Assembly: GCA_021648465.1 (NCBI GenBank)
Contig: JAKISR010000003.1
Span: 1,532 to 65,531 of the forward strand
Source: Sulfurimonas sp.
Lineage (GTDB): Bacteria; Campylobacterota; Campylobacteria; Campylobacterales; Sulfurimonadaceae
Direction of reading: 5' to 3'
Length of the DNA stretch: 64,000 nt
Positions 9,420 through 21,423 of the stretch are shown here, piece by piece. A program made the translations under genes and the position numbers. Under the pieces are notes generated by a model that saw only the letters and a program-made list of their open reading frames with translations, was not told the origin of the DNA and did no database searches. The stretch's first letter is position 1; every line of letters starts with the position of its first letter.

Positions 9420-11547
9420 CGTCAATGCTTGTCCTATAGTGGCAAAGCATATTAAAATTGCTCTTGTAGGACAGCCAAATGTTGGTAAAAGTATGCTTAT
9501 CAACTCTATCTCAAATGCACATCTTCATGTTGGAAATTTCTCGGGGGTTACAGTTGATAAAACAGAAGTTTTATTTGACTATAAAAATTATCATTTTATT
9601 ATAGTTGACTTACCTGGAACATATGCTTTAAACGATTATACTATAGAAGAGAGAGTTACAAGTGAGTATCTCATAGAAAACAATTATGATCTTATTGTTA
9701 ATGTTGTAGATTCTACAAATTTAGAGAAAAATCTTCAATTAACTTCTGAACTTTTAAGTGTTGGCAAAAAGATAGTTATTGCATTAAATATGAGTGATGA
9801 AGCAGACAAAGAGGGTATAAATATTAATGTACAATATATGTCTCAACTTCTTGGTATAGCTTGCGTTAAAGTATCAGCAGCAACAAAAGAAGGGATAACA
9901 GACTTAATCGATTCTATTATTAATGAGTTTGAAATACAAAGCATTGAGCATAAACTTATTTTTAGTGAAGCTGTAGAAGAAGAAGTTACTAAAATTGCTA
10001 ATTATCTTAATAAACATAAATATAAAGATGATAATTCGCATAGAAATATTGCAATTAATCTTCTAAAAAACAATAAAGCAACATACGCTAAACTTCATCA
10101 TGATCCAATATGGATAGAATTGCAACCTATACTAATTGATGCTTCAAAACATATTGAATTACATCATGACAGTAATGATGTTAAAGAAGCATTTGCATCG
10201 GAATATGCTGCTTTTAATAAAGGGATTGTTGTTGAAGTTTTAGAAGATAAAAATAAAGTAGAAAAAAAAACACTTACAGATAAAATAGACAATGTTTTAA
10301 TTCATCCAATTTTAGGTATACCAATATTTTTATTTTTAATGTGGGGACTTTTTCAGTTAACATTTGAAATAGGTGCAATTCCTATGGATTATATAGATGC
10401 ATTTTTTGGATGGTTTGGAGATACAATAGGTGCTACAATATCAAATAATGATATGCGCTCACTTATAGTAGATGGAATTATTGCTGGAGTTGGGGCTGTT
10501 GTTCTTTTTGTTCCAAATATTATAATTTTATTTGTTGGTATAGCTCTTTTAGAAAGTACAGGTTATATGTCAAGAGTTGCTTTTTTACTTGATGGATTTT
10601 TTCATAAATTTGGTCTTCATGGACAATCATTTATCCCTCTTGTAACTGGTTTTGGTTGTTCTATTCCTGCATATATGAGCGCTAGAATTTTAAAAAATGA
10701 TCGTGATAGACTTTTGACTTTATTTATTATTGGGTTTATGTCTTGTGGAGCTAGACTTCCTGTTTACGTACTTTTTGTTGGTGCATTTTTCACTCCTTCA
10801 ATGGCAGGAAATATTTTATTTTTTATTTATATAGGTGGAGCAATTCTTGGTCTTATAGCTGCAAAAATACTTAAAATGACAGCTTTTAAAGGTACTGATG
10901 AGCCGTTTGTTATGGAAATGCCGAAATATAGGCTACCTTCATTAAAGCTTATTTGGCATACTGTTTTTACAAAGACCATGATGTATCTTAAAAAAGCTGG
11001 TACTTTTATAGCCGCTGCTTCAATGTTAGTTTGGTTTTTAAGTAATTATCCACATAATTTGATTTTAGAAGAGAAATATGAAGGTAAAATAGAGTTAGCT
11101 TCAAATAAATCTGAAAAACTAACTCTTGAAAATACTTTAGCTGAAGAGTTACTTGAACAAAGTTATTTAGGTAGTATAGGTAAATTTTCAGAACCACTAT
11201 TTGAGCCACTTGGTTTTGACTGGAAGATGAGTGTAGCACTTCAAACTGGTCTTGCTGCAAAAGAAGTTGTTGTTTCAACACTTGGTGTTTTATACTCTCT
11301 TGGTGGAGATGTAGATGAAGAAAACAATTCTTTAATAAATGCTATAAGTAAAAATATTCCTTTTGCATCAGCGGTGGCATTTATAGTTGTAATAATGATT
11401 TATCTACCATGTTTAGCTGCTTCAGTTGTTTTTACTCGTGAAGCTGGAGGAGTAAAATACTTTTTTTATCTTATTGGTTTTACATCGATAGTAGCATATT
11501 CACTAGCATTTATAGCATATAGGTTAACATTATTAATCACTTCTTAA
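9409..11547 (+). CDS. feoB: ferrous iron transporter B (GTPase plus membrane permease)
   Basis: The G1 motif is GQPNVGKS and G3 is DLPGTYAL. The C-terminal part is polytopic with the gate motifs typical of FeoB. Confidence 0.95.
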   Translation: MNNNVNACPIVAKHIKIALVGQPNVGKSMLINSISNAHLHVGNFSGVTVDKTEVLFDYKNYHFIIVDLPGTYALNDYTIEERVTSEYLIENNYDLIVNVVDSTNLEKNLQLTSELLSVGKKIVIALNMSDEADKEGININVQYMSQLLGIACVKVSAATKEGITDLIDSIINEFEIQSIEHKLIFSEAVEEEVTKIANYLNKHKYKDDNSHRNIAINLLKNNKATYAKLHHDPIWIELQPILIDASKHIELHHDSNDVKEAFASEYAAFNKGIVVEVLEDKNKVEKKTLTDKIDNVLIHPILGIPIFLFLMWGLFQLTFEIGAIPMDYIDAFFGWFGDTIGATISNNDMRSLIVDGIIAGVGAVVLFVPNIIILFVGIALLESTGYMSRVAFLLDGFFHKFGLHGQSFIPLVTGFGCSIPAYMSARILKNDRDRLLTLFIIGFMSCGARLPVYVLFVGAFFTPSMAGNILFFIYIGGAILGLIAAKILKMTAFKGTDEPFVMEMPKYRLPSLKLIWHTVFTKTMMYLKKAGTFIAAASMLVWFLSNYPHNLILEEKYEGKIELASNKSEKLTLENTLAEELLEQSYLGSIGKFSEPLFEPLGFDWKMSVALQTGLAAKEVVVSTLGVLYSLGGDVDEENNSLINAISKNIPFASAVAFIVVIMIYLPCLAASVVFTREAGGVKYFFYLIGFTSIVAYSLAFIAYRLTLLITS

Positions 11548-11655
11548 GAGAATTGAACATAATGATGGAATTAAATTTGAACCAAAATTAGTAAAATTGT
11601 TTTAGTATTACTAGCTGTTAACCACCTGTAAGCTCATATCTGCTAAAATTGGCAA

Positions 11656-12318
11656 ATGAAAAAAATATTAATGATTGAAGATGACTTAGAATTAGCTGAG
11701 ATACTTACAGAGTATTTAGAGCAGTTTGAGTTTGAGGTTATTACAGAAGATGACCCTTTTAAAGCAGTAAGTATATTAAAGCTAGAACCTTTTGATTTAG
11801 TTATACTAGATTTAACTCTTCCAGGAATGGATGGCTTAGAAGTTTGCGAAGCTATTCGTGAAAGACAAGATATCCCTATTATTATCTCTTCAGCCAGAAG
11901 TGATGTTACTGATAAGGTAAAAGCACTTGAATTAGGAGCTGATGACTATTTACCAAAACCATATGATCCAAGAGAGTTAGAAGCTAGAATACATTCTGTT
12001 TTAAGACGTTATGAAGCAAAATCACAAGAAAAACAGGAATCAAAAAGTGATTTTAAATGTGATATTTCATCTATGATGATTACATATAAAGGTAGAAATA
12101 TTGATTTAACAAATGCTGAATTTGGGATACTCTCATATATGATTGCAAAACAAGGGCTAGTTGTATCAAGAGAAGATTTAATTCATAATGTAAATGCTAT
12201 AAATGAAGATTCTTCAAATAAAAGCATAGATGTTATGGTGGGTAGAATTAGAAATAAACTTGGCGATAAGTCACTAATAGAATCCGTTAGAGGTGTTGGA
12301 TATAAACTTCTTAAATAA
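11656..12318 (+). CDS. OmpR-family response regulator (ArsR/CprR-like)
   Basis: The receiver carries DLVILDLTLPGMDG and the K of PKPY. The C-terminal winged helix ends GVGYKL. Confidence 0.9.
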   Translation: MKKILMIEDDLELAEILTEYLEQFEFEVITEDDPFKAVSILKLEPFDLVILDLTLPGMDGLEVCEAIRERQDIPIIISSARSDVTDKVKALELGADDYLPKPYDPRELEARIHSVLRRYEAKSQEKQESKSDFKCDISSMMITYKGRNIDLTNAEFGILSYMIAKQGLVVSREDLIHNVNAINEDSSNKSIDVMVGRIRNKLGDKSLIESVRGVGYKLLK

Positions 12319-12415
12319 TATTTTTATAAATGAAAATTTCCTATATCGCCCTAAGATGTATCTTTAGTGAGGGGAATTTATAAAGGAATTACTTCTTTTA
12401 TAAAGGAGATAAATA

Positions 12416-13687
12416 TTGCGTAAATATGCTGTTTTACTAACTGTACTTTTTTCACTTATTGTAACTCTAGCAAGTGTAAGTGTAGTGTTTTGGGAGTTTT
12501 TTAAACTAAATAAACAGCGATATATAAATCATATCTTTACAAAACAAGCAATTATTACTCAAATTTATCGTCAACACCAACAAAGACTTACTTCACATAT
12601 TATGTTAGAAGCAAATTTAGCTGTTTATCATTTTGTTATAGAAAAAGATAAAGCAAGAAGAGCTATTTTAAAAAATGCTAAAGTATTAAAAACAAAAGAT
12701 TTTCAAAGTGTAAAATCAGCTTTAAAATTATCTCCTGTTGGGTTTTATACACAAAAAACTGTTACAGACATGACAATATCAATGCTTCAATTTGATAAAA
12801 AAATATACTTTTATATAAAATCTCCATCATCATCCATGTTAATTCTTGATGAAAAGCTAATTTCGTACAAATATTGGTCTTTAGCTTATGCATATCTAAT
12901 TATTATTTTAATGATATCTTTTTCTTTTGTATTAATTTTACAAAGATTAAAGCCACTTATTAGACTTAGAAAAAAGATTGCTCTTTATGGTGATGGAGAT
13001 ATGAATATATCTTTTAAAACAAGAGGAAGTGATGAGATAGCACTTATATCAAATGAACTTGAATCAACAAGAGAAAAAATTAATAATATAATGGAATCTA
13101 GAACTCTATTTTTAAGAAATATTATGCATGAGTTAAAAACTCCTATTGCTAAAGGAACTATTGCAACTCAAATGTTAGACTCTCAAAAACAAAGAGATAG
13201 GTTCTGTTCCATTTTTGGTCGATTAGAGTCTTTAGTAACAGAGTTTGCACTTATAGAAGAAGTCACTAGTTTAGGAGATAAAACTGATTTTAAAGAGTAT
13301 CGATTAGTTGATATTATTGACGATGCAATTGATATGGCAATGATTGAAAAAAGCAGTGTAAGCGTAGAGGTTGAAGCTAGCCAAAAGATAGATGCAAATT
13401 TTAGACTTTATACAACAGCAATAAAAAACATGATTGATAATGGGATAAAATACTCAACAGACGCACATGTTAAAATTTTAATTATAGAAAATGAGTTGTG
13501 TTTTGAAAGTATAGGAGAGTGTCTTAAGCACCCACTACAGTATTATATAGAGCCATTTACTAAAGATAATCCATCAAAAAATAGTTTTGGTTTGGGACTT
13601 TATTTAGTAGATTCTATCTTAAAAACTCATGAACAAGTTTTAGCACATGAATATGAAGATGGAGTAAATCGTTTTATATTTGCATAA
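12416..13687 (+). CDS. sensor histidine kinase (partner of the OmpR-type regulator)
   Basis: It has two TM segments flanking a periplasmic loop. The H box is MHELKTPIA and the N box NMIDNGIKYS, with G-box-like FGLGLYL. The TTG start follows SD aaggag. Confidence 0.85.
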   Translation: MRKYAVLLTVLFSLIVTLASVSVVFWEFFKLNKQRYINHIFTKQAIITQIYRQHQQRLTSHIMLEANLAVYHFVIEKDKARRAILKNAKVLKTKDFQSVKSALKLSPVGFYTQKTVTDMTISMLQFDKKIYFYIKSPSSSMLILDEKLISYKYWSLAYAYLIIILMISFSFVLILQRLKPLIRLRKKIALYGDGDMNISFKTRGSDEIALISNELESTREKINNIMESRTLFLRNIMHELKTPIAKGTIATQMLDSQKQRDRFCSIFGRLESLVTEFALIEEVTSLGDKTDFKEYRLVDIIDDAIDMAMIEKSSVSVEVEASQKIDANFRLYTTAIKNMIDNGIKYSTDAHVKILIIENELCFESIGECLKHPLQYYIEPFTKDNPSKNSFGLGLYLVDSILKTHEQVLAHEYEDGVNRFIFA

Positions 13688-13710
13688 GTTTTTAAGAGTA
13701 AACTAGGAAC

Positions 13711-15168
13711 ATGGATAAAAGTATTAAAGTTACAGTTATTATATTTTTTGCAATATCTTTTTTCTCTTTCGGATGGTTAAGCCATAGTGCATATAAGCCA
13801 GTGCATAGAATAGAGATGCCATCTATTTTAGATAAAATAAAAAGTACTAAAATACTTAATGTTGTATTACTAAATTCACCATCTACATATTATATTGGAC
13901 CCGATGGACCAAAAGGTTTTGAGTATGATTTGCTTAATGCATATGCAAAACATTTAAATGTTAAACTTAATATAACCGTAGCAAATACTATTAAAGAAGC
14001 GATTGAATTTAGTCAAAATTCAAATATTCATATAACATCAGCATCATTAGCAAAAACTAAAATGAGAAGGAATGTTTTTAATTTTGGACCATCATATTTT
14101 GAAGTTCAAGAGCAAGTTGTTTGCTATAGAGGGATGTTAAGTAAAGGTAATTTTCCAAAAAATATAGAGGATTTAGCTGGTTTAAAAATTATTGTTGGAG
14201 AAGATACAAGTTATAATGAAACCGTAGAACAGCTACAAGAGGATGGATTTGATATAAATGCTTCATATACATCTGAATTCTCAACTGAAGAGCTTTTATC
14301 AAAAGTTGCAAGACATGAGATAGATTGTACTATCGCTGATTCAAATATATATGCTTTAAATCAAAGATATTTCCCAAGTATAGCACTAGCCTTTGCAATA
14401 AGTTCACGAGAACAGTTAGCTTGGGTTTTAACACCAAACTCTAAAGAGTTAGAAGCTGATATGTACTCTTGGTTAAACACTTTTAATCAAAGTGGTAAAA
14501 TGGCAAGATTAAAAGATCATTATTATAGTTATGCACTTTTCTTTGATTATTATGATACTAAAATGTTTTATAAAAGAATTAAATCAAGACTTCCAAAATA
14601 TCAAAAATATTTTGAAAAATATGGTAAAAAATATAATATTTCACATTTTGTTTTAGCAGCTCAATCTTATCAAGAATCACATTGGAATCCAAAAGCTAAA
14701 AGTTTTACAGGAGTTAGAGGTTTGATGATGTTAACACTCCGAACAGCAAAACATCTGGGAATTAAAAATAGACTTGATCCACAACAGAGTATAAAAGGTG
14801 GAGCAAAACATCTTAATCAGATGATAAAAAATGTTCCTAAAGAGGTTGAAGGTGAAGATCGAATGAAGTTCGCACTTGCTGCCTATAACGTTGGAATGGG
14901 ACATATAAAAGATGCACAAAAACTAACTAAAAAGATGGGTTTAAATCAAAATGTTTGGAATGATTTAAAAAAGACTCTACCTTTACTTTCTCAAAAAAAA
15001 TACTATAGAACATTAAAATATGGATATGCTAGAGGAAGTGAGCCTGTTAAATATGTTGATTCGATATATGATTATATAGATATTTTACAAAAAAGCAATG
15101 ATGAGCTATATTCAAAAAAAAATAAAGCAAAGAAGAAAAAAATAAAAAAGAAGAGTCAAAAAAACTGA
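13711..15168 (+). CDS. mltF: membrane-bound lytic murein transglycosylase F-like (SBP_bac_3 domain plus SLT domain)
   Basis: The N-terminal part is a solute-binding-like domain. The C-terminal part has the SLT catalytic block [25 protein letters not shown] and AYNVGMGH. It has a lysine-rich tail. Confidence 0.8.
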   Translation: MDKSIKVTVIIFFAISFFSFGWLSHSAYKPVHRIEMPSILDKIKSTKILNVVLLNSPSTYYIGPDGPKGFEYDLLNAYAKHLNVKLNITVANTIKEAIEFSQNSNIHITSASLAKTKMRRNVFNFGPSYFEVQEQVVCYRGMLSKGNFPKNIEDLAGLKIIVGEDTSYNETVEQLQEDGFDINASYTSEFSTEELLSKVARHEIDCTIADSNIYALNQRYFPSIALAFAISSREQLAWVLTPNSKELEADMYSWLNTFNQSGKMARLKDHYYSYALFFDYYDTKMFYKRIKSRLPKYQKYFEKYGKKYNISHFVLAAQSYQESHWNPKAKSFTGVRGLMMLTLRTAKHLGIKNRLDPQQSIKGGAKHLNQMIKNVPKEVEGEDRMKFALAAYNVGMGHIKDAQKLTKKMGLNQNVWNDLKKTLPLLSQKKYYRTLKYGYARGSEPVKYVDSIYDYIDILQKSNDELYSKKNKAKKKKIKKKSQKN

Positions 15169-15172
15169 CTCT
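15141..15172 (-). terminator. intrinsic terminator of the nadD-rsfS operon, embedded in the 3-prime end of mltF
   Basis: A 7-bp stem agagtca/tgactct (15152-15158 / 15166-15172) is followed on the minus strand by a U-rich run (cttttttatttttt). Confidence 0.5.
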
Positions 15173-15179
15173 AAAAAAG

Positions 15180-15515
15180 CTAAATAGTTTCACCCTCTTT
15201 ACCATCAACTAAATCACTTAAAAATGTTTCCATGTCATATTTTATTCTATACTCTGGAGTCATAATATGGATAAGAATATCTCCTAAATCAACAACAATC
15301 CAATCACCGCTTTCATCAATATTGTTAAAAGTTTCTTCTGGTTTAAGATTATTTTTTAGATGATCTAGTAGAGCTAATGTATGTCTTGAACCAAGTGATG
15401 AAGCAATTATTGCATAATCTACAAAGTAATTTTTATTTTTGAGATTAAAAACTTCAATACCCTCTGCTTTGTTTTTATCTAATACTTCTGTTATTTTTTC
15501 TATTCTTTTTTGCAA
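15180..15515 (-). CDS. rsfS: ribosome silencing factor
   Basis: It is 111 aa. DYAIIASSLGSRHTLALLDHL and GDWIVVDLGDILIHIM are typical of RsfS/iojap. Confidence 0.85.
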   Translation of the reverse strand: MQKRIEKITEVLDKNKAEGIEVFNLKNKNYFVDYAIIASSLGSRHTLALLDHLKNNLKPEETFNNIDESGDWIVVDLGDILIHIMTPEYRIKYDMETFLSDLVDGKEGETI

Positions 15516-16064
15516 CTATTTTTCCTTATAAAAATTATATATTTCGTTTGTACATTTTTTTGATAACTTAGTTAGGTCTATATTATCTCTTAAGAGAGTT
15601 GATGAAATATTTTCATTAATGTTAATTTTTGAAAACTTTTGAGCAATTTCTATATTATCTCTTGTAGCAATTATAAAAGTAACTAACTCTTTTAATTTCG
15701 AATAATTATGCCAATTATGAAGGGAAGCAAGATTATCAGCTCCAATAACGAGGTATATTTTTTTATAACTCTTTAAAAGGTGCTCAACAGTGTTAATTGT
15801 TGGTATTGGCTTTTCTTGGTTAACTTCATAATCTGATATTACAACATTTTTATAATCATTAAAAATATCTTTTAGCCACTGTAATCTAAGTATAGATGGT
15901 GCATAAAATTTTAATTTTAATGGGTTTAAATATGTTGGCATAATTATCACTTTATCTATATCTTTGAGCTCTATTAAAGCCCTAACAATAGCTTCATGAC
16001 CAATATGTGGTGGATCAAAAGAACCACCAAAAAATGCAATGGTTTGTAAATTTTTTTTATTCAT
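15516..16064 (-). CDS. nadD: nicotinate-nucleotide adenylyltransferase
   Basis: The N-terminal GGSFDPPHIGH motif is present. The gene abuts rsfS, the usual nadD-rsfS pairing. Confidence 0.9.
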   Translation of the reverse strand: MNKKNLQTIAFFGGSFDPPHIGHEAIVRALIELKDIDKVIIMPTYLNPLKLKFYAPSILRLQWLKDIFNDYKNVVISDYEVNQEKPIPTINTVEHLLKSYKKIYLVIGADNLASLHNWHNYSKLKELVTFIIATRDNIEIAQKFSKININENISSTLLRDNIDLTKLSKKCTNEIYNFYKEK

Positions 16065-16115
16065 TTACTTCACTTATATAGCATAAGATGTCTTACTAAC
16101 AATTATTTAAAGCGA

Positions 16116-16121
16116 ATTATA
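16116..16121 (-). promoter_or_regulatory. -10 box TATAAT (minus strand) for nadD-rsfS
   Basis: Plus strand attata at 16116-16121 lies about 52 nt upstream of the nadD ATG. Confidence 0.4.
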
Positions 16122-16174
16122 GCTAAAGTTGGATAAAATTACTGAATTTATTTTATATATTTAGAGGATTTTTA

Positions 16175-17179
16175 ATGGTGCTAAAAATAGCAGTTAATGG
16201 ATTTGGTAGAATTGGTCGTTGTGTGGCACGTATAGTTGCTTTAAGAGATGATGTAGAAATAGTAGCGATAAATGATATGGCAGATGTAGACATGTTACTT
16301 TATTTACTTAAAAATGATTCCGTACATGGAACTTTTCGTGGCGATGTTGAACAAATTGATGAAAATAATATTAGCATCAATGGTAAAAAAATTAGAGTTT
16401 TTAATAATCGTGATCCAAAAGATTTAAAATTTGCTGATTGTGGTGCAGATGTAGTTTTAGAGTGTACAGGTTTGTTTTTAACTCAAGAAACAGCTCAGGT
16501 ACATATTGATAATGGAATAAAAAAAGTTTTATTTTCAGCTCCTGCTAAAGATAAAGAGACTCCTACTTTTGTTATGGGTGTAAATGAGAAATCTTATGCT
16601 GGTCAAACAATTATATCAAATGCTTCATGTACTACAAATTGTCTTGGTCCAATAGCAAAAGTTTTAGATGATGCTTTTGGGATTGAAAAAGGTTTAATGA
16701 CAACTATTCATTCTTATACAAATGATCAAAGTATATTAGATGTAAAGCACTCAACAGATAAAAGACGTGCAAGAGCTGGTGCTGTAAACATGATTCCTAC
16801 AACAACAGGTGCAGCAAAAGCAATAAGCCTTGTAATGCCTCAATTATCAGGAAAACTTCATGGTCAAAGTGTTCGTGTTCCAACACCAAATGTTTCTATG
16901 GTGGATTTAAATGTTGTAGTTTCAAAACAAACTTCTATAAAAGAGGTTACAGAGGTATTTAATAGAGCAGCTCAAACAAATTTAAAAGGACTTCTTTTGA
17001 TGGATAAAGAGATGAGAGTCTCTCAAGATTTTATTGGATGTGAATACAGCTCAATAGTTGCCCAAGATCTAACTCAAGTAATTAATGGTGATATGATAAA
17101 GATAATGGCTTGGTATGATAATGAGTGGGGTTACTCATGCAGACTTGTAGATATGGCAATATATGTTTCATCTAAATAA
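16175..17179 (+). CDS. gap: type I glyceraldehyde-3-phosphate dehydrogenase
   Basis: NGFGRIGR, the active-site SNASCTTNC and WYDNEWGYS are all present. Confidence 0.95.
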   Translation: MVLKIAVNGFGRIGRCVARIVALRDDVEIVAINDMADVDMLLYLLKNDSVHGTFRGDVEQIDENNISINGKKIRVFNNRDPKDLKFADCGADVVLECTGLFLTQETAQVHIDNGIKKVLFSAPAKDKETPTFVMGVNEKSYAGQTIISNASCTTNCLGPIAKVLDDAFGIEKGLMTTIHSYTNDQSILDVKHSTDKRRARAGAVNMIPTTTGAAKAISLVMPQLSGKLHGQSVRVPTPNVSMVDLNVVVSKQTSIKEVTEVFNRAAQTNLKGLLLMDKEMRVSQDFIGCEYSSIVAQDLTQVINGDMIKIMAWYDNEWGYSCRLVDMAIYVSSK

Positions 17180-17213
17180 AACTTTATAAGAGTAAAATAA
17201 ATTAAGGAGATTA

Positions 17214-18413
17214 ATGGAACTTTTGAATATTAAAAATTTAGATATGCTAGGTAAAAAAGTTTTTATTAGATGTGACTTTAATGTACCAATGGATGAATTT
17301 TCGAATATTTCAGATGATAGAAGAATTCGTTCTGCTATCTCTACCATTAACTTTTGTCTTGATCAAGAGTGTTCAGTTATATTAGCTTCTCATCTTGGTC
17401 GTCCAAATGGTGAAGCAATTGACAAGTATTCTTTAGCGCCTATAGCTAGAAGAATTCAACATTTTTTAAAAAAAGAGGTTATTTTAGCAAGTGATGTTAT
17501 AGGAGATGATACTATATCAAAAGCTAATAAATTAAAATCTTCTCAAGTTTTACTTTTAGAAAATCTTCGTTTTGAAGCAGGTGAAACAAAAAACGATAAA
17601 GAGCTATCTAAAAAATTAGCTTCTATGGCAGACTTTTATATAAATGATGCTTTTGGTGTAAGTCATCGTGCACACTCTTCCGTGGAAGGGATTACGCACT
17701 TCTTTGATAAAGAACATAAAGCTGCTGGATTTTTACTTCAAAAAGAGATAGATTTTTTCTCAAAACTTATTGAGCAGCCTGTTCGTCCTTTTGCTGCTAT
17801 TGTTGGCGGATCAAAAGTTTCAGGAAAACTAGAAGCACTTACAAACTTACTACCTCGTGTTGATAAGATTCTTATTGGTGGCGGTATGGCATTTACATTT
17901 CTAAAACAGATGGGTTATGATATTGGTGCTTCTCTTGTTGAGAATGATTTACTTGAGGATGCTCAACATGTAATGAATGAAGCTAAACGACTTGGAGTTA
18001 AGTTTTATCTACCAGTTGATGTTGTAGCTGCTGAGAAATTCTCTCAAGACTCTATTAGCAAGCTTACATCTACTCAAGAGATACCAGAGGGTTGGATGGG
18101 ACTTGATATTGGACCTGCTACAGTAAGACTTTATAGAGAAGTTTTAGCGGATGTACAAACTATTCTTTGGAATGGACCCATGGGTGTTTATGAGATGGAT
18201 AAATTTGCAAGAGGTTCAAATAAAATAGCTCACTTTGTTGCAGATTCATATGCAACAACTGTTGTTGGTGGTGGAGACACAGCTGATCTTGTTCAGAGGA
18301 TAGGCTTAGATGAAGAGATAAGTTTTATATCAACTGGTGGTGGAGCTTCATTAGAGTTACTTGAGGGTAAAATTCTTCCAGGTGTGGCACCATTAATTAA
18401 TAAAGAGGCATAG
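17214..18413 (+). CDS. pgk: phosphoglycerate kinase
   Basis: RCDFNVP, SHLGRP and GGGDTA motifs are present. Confidence 0.95.
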   Translation: MELLNIKNLDMLGKKVFIRCDFNVPMDEFSNISDDRRIRSAISTINFCLDQECSVILASHLGRPNGEAIDKYSLAPIARRIQHFLKKEVILASDVIGDDTISKANKLKSSQVLLLENLRFEAGETKNDKELSKKLASMADFYINDAFGVSHRAHSSVEGITHFFDKEHKAAGFLLQKEIDFFSKLIEQPVRPFAAIVGGSKVSGKLEALTNLLPRVDKILIGGGMAFTFLKQMGYDIGASLVENDLLEDAQHVMNEAKRLGVKFYLPVDVVAAEKFSQDSISKLTSTQEIPEGWMGLDIGPATVRLYREVLADVQTILWNGPMGVYEMDKFARGSNKIAHFVADSYATTVVGGGDTADLVQRIGLDEEISFISTGGGASLELLEGKILPGVAPLINKEA

Positions 18414-18417
18414 TTTT

Positions 18418-19128
18418 ATGATAATTGCAGCAAATTTAAAAACAAACTTTACAAGGGCAAAAACTACAGAGTATATAGAAGAGATAGAGAAGTTTATAAA
18501 ACAAAATAGTATTTCACAAGAAATTTTAATTTTTCCTACAAGCTCTAGTTTAAATTTACATAATGGAGAGGCTATCATTGGGGTACAAAATGCCTATGCT
18601 ACAATAAATGGTGCATTTACTGGTGAAATAGGGCAAGAGCAATTAGAAGAGTTTGAAATTAAAACTATTTTAATCGGTCATAGTGAAAGACGACATGTTC
18701 TTGGAGAAACACAAGATGAGCTAATTAAAAAATTTAACTTTTATAAAGAGCTTAAATATAAGATAGTTTACTGCATAGGAGAACCCTTAGAAATTAGAGA
18801 AGCTGGACATGCTAAAATGATGCAATATATATCTGCACAATATGATGGAATAGATACAAACTATGAAAATCTTATAATTGCTTATGAACCTGTTTGGGCT
18901 ATTGGGACTGGGCTTACTCCAACATTAGAAGATATAATAGTTATTCATAAAGAGTTAAAAAAGAAATCTCATGCACCTTTACTTTATGGTGGAAGTGTGA
19001 AAGTTACTAATGCAAATGATGTTTTAGCGCTTGATGGTGTTGATGGAGTTTTAGTTGGAAGTGCGGCATTAAATGCTGATAATTTTTGTACGATGATAGA
19101 GTTTGCACAAAATATAGAGATAAATTAA
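18418..19128 (+). CDS. tpiA: triose-phosphate isomerase
   Basis: AANLKTN, IGHSERR, AYEPVWAIGTG and GGSV are present. Confidence 0.9.
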   Translation: MIIAANLKTNFTRAKTTEYIEEIEKFIKQNSISQEILIFPTSSSLNLHNGEAIIGVQNAYATINGAFTGEIGQEQLEEFEIKTILIGHSERRHVLGETQDELIKKFNFYKELKYKIVYCIGEPLEIREAGHAKMMQYISAQYDGIDTNYENLIIAYEPVWAIGTGLTPTLEDIIVIHKELKKKSHAPLLYGGSVKVTNANDVLALDGVDGVLVGSAALNADNFCTMIEFAQNIEIN

Positions 19129-19136
19129 ATAATTAA

Positions 19137-19982
<846 letters not shown>

Positions 19983-20077
19983 ATATTTTATTAAGAAGTA
20001 ATAGTAAAATTTTTTACTATAATTAAAAATCAATGTGATTTATGCAAAATTGTTACATACCAAAAATAGGAAAAAAA

Positions 20078-20740
20078 ATGAAATTAATTAAACTTAGCTT
20101 AGCAGTAGCTCTTGTCGCATCAGTGGCATTTGCTCAGGAAGAAAAATCTGAAATAGGTGTTAGTGCCAATATGGCAATAGCAAGTAATTATGTTTGGAGA
20201 GGTATGACGCAAAACCAAGATAGCATTGCTATTCAGGGTGGTGTTGATTTAGATTATAAAGGTTTTTATATAGGTGTATGGGGATCAAATGTTAATTTTG
20301 ATACAGATGTATCAATAGAGTTAGATTTTTATGGTGGTTATGCTTCAGAGATTGCTGGAGTAGGTTTCAATGTAGGTTATATAGAATATGTATATCCAAA
20401 AGATACGAAGGCTAGTAACTTCGGTGAAGCATATGTTGGACTTAGTAAAGATTGGGACATGTTTGGTGTAAGCGCAACATACAGTTTCGGTGTAGAAACA
20501 AATACACTAAACCCTGAAGATTATTGGGAAATTGGTGCTTATACATCTATCCTTCCATATGATATTGGACTTCAAGCTAGTTATGGTGATTATGATAAAA
20601 CAGGCGATAATTATTCTATAGGAGTAAGTAAGTCATTTGAAAAATTTGATTTAAGTGTTGCTTATATTGATTTTTCTCATGACAGTGATTCAAACTTAGA
20701 TGAAGATAATGTTGTAGCTACTGTTAGTTTTAGCTTTTAG
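20078..20740 (+). CDS. TorF-family (TIGR02001-like) putative outer-membrane porin
   Basis: It has a signal peptide. SNYVWRGMTQNQDSIAIQGGVDLDYKGFYIGVWGSNVNF is the hallmark block of this family. The start was moved to the internal ATG behind SD agga (ORF track 20042). Confidence 0.7.
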   Translation: MKLIKLSLAVALVASVAFAQEEKSEIGVSANMAIASNYVWRGMTQNQDSIAIQGGVDLDYKGFYIGVWGSNVNFDTDVSIELDFYGGYASEIAGVGFNVGYIEYVYPKDTKASNFGEAYVGLSKDWDMFGVSATYSFGVETNTLNPEDYWEIGAYTSILPYDIGLQASYGDYDKTGDNYSIGVSKSFEKFDLSVAYIDFSHDSDSNLDEDNVVATVSFSF

Positions 20741-20759
20741 TATTTAAAATATAATTTGT

Positions 20760-20790
20760 TTCATATTCCATATATTATTTGGAATATGAA
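20760..20790. terminator. hairpin between convergent genes (possible bidirectional terminator)
   Basis: A perfect 10-bp stem ttcatattcc/ggaatatgaa has an 11-nt loop. The flanking U tracts are weak. Confidence 0.4.
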
Positions 20791-20801
20791 TGTTAATAAG
20801 T

Positions 20802-21278
20802 TTACCTTTTAGTGGCACCAATCACAGGCATATTGTTTATTTTATTAAAGTGGGAATTTTTTTCATTTGAGGTATTAATATTATTATAGACTGCCATTTT
20901 ATCAATATACTCTTGTAGAGTAAAATCTCTATCCTTGTCTTGATATTTTTCTTGTACCTCATTTTGTTTTTCAACTTGCTCTTTAGTCATCACTTTTAGA
21001 ACTACATTTGTTTTTGCATCTACTAATTTTGCAGTACCATCTTTATTAGAGATGATTTTTATCTTTGTTTCTCCTGTGGGAGTTTTTGCATTTGATACAG
21101 TAGGATTCCATTCATTTTTTAACCAATCATCAAGTAAGTTTTGCATTAAGGCAGTTTTTTTTCCTTTTTTTCCTGCAAGAATATTTAAGGCTTTATTTTG
21201 AGATGGATTAACTCCATCAACTTTAGAACATGCGTTGAATATAAATACCATAGGTATAAGTAATAATAATTTTTTCAT
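20802..21278 (-). CDS. hypothetical lipoprotein
   Basis: MKKLLLLIPMVFIFNAC has a lipobox cysteine. The rest is lysine/asparagine-rich with no recognisable domain. The start was moved to the internal ATG. Confidence 0.6.
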   Translation of the reverse strand: MKKLLLLIPMVFIFNACSKVDGVNPSQNKALNILAGKKGKKTALMQNLLDDWLKNEWNPTVSNAKTPTGETKIKIISNKDGTAKLVDAKTNVVLKVMTKEQVEKQNEVQEKYQDKDRDFTLQEYIDKMAVYNNINTSNEKNSHFNKINNMPVIGATKR

Positions 21279-21423
21279 AGAGACAGTATACAGAAATATT
21301 GTCACAAATCTGTTACCTTTTTTAATGTTTTATAAGAAAGATTAATATTTTATTGTAAGTTTAATTTTACTTTAAAGATATAAATGACATACTTGTGACA
21401 TATTTAGATTTGGGAGAATATAA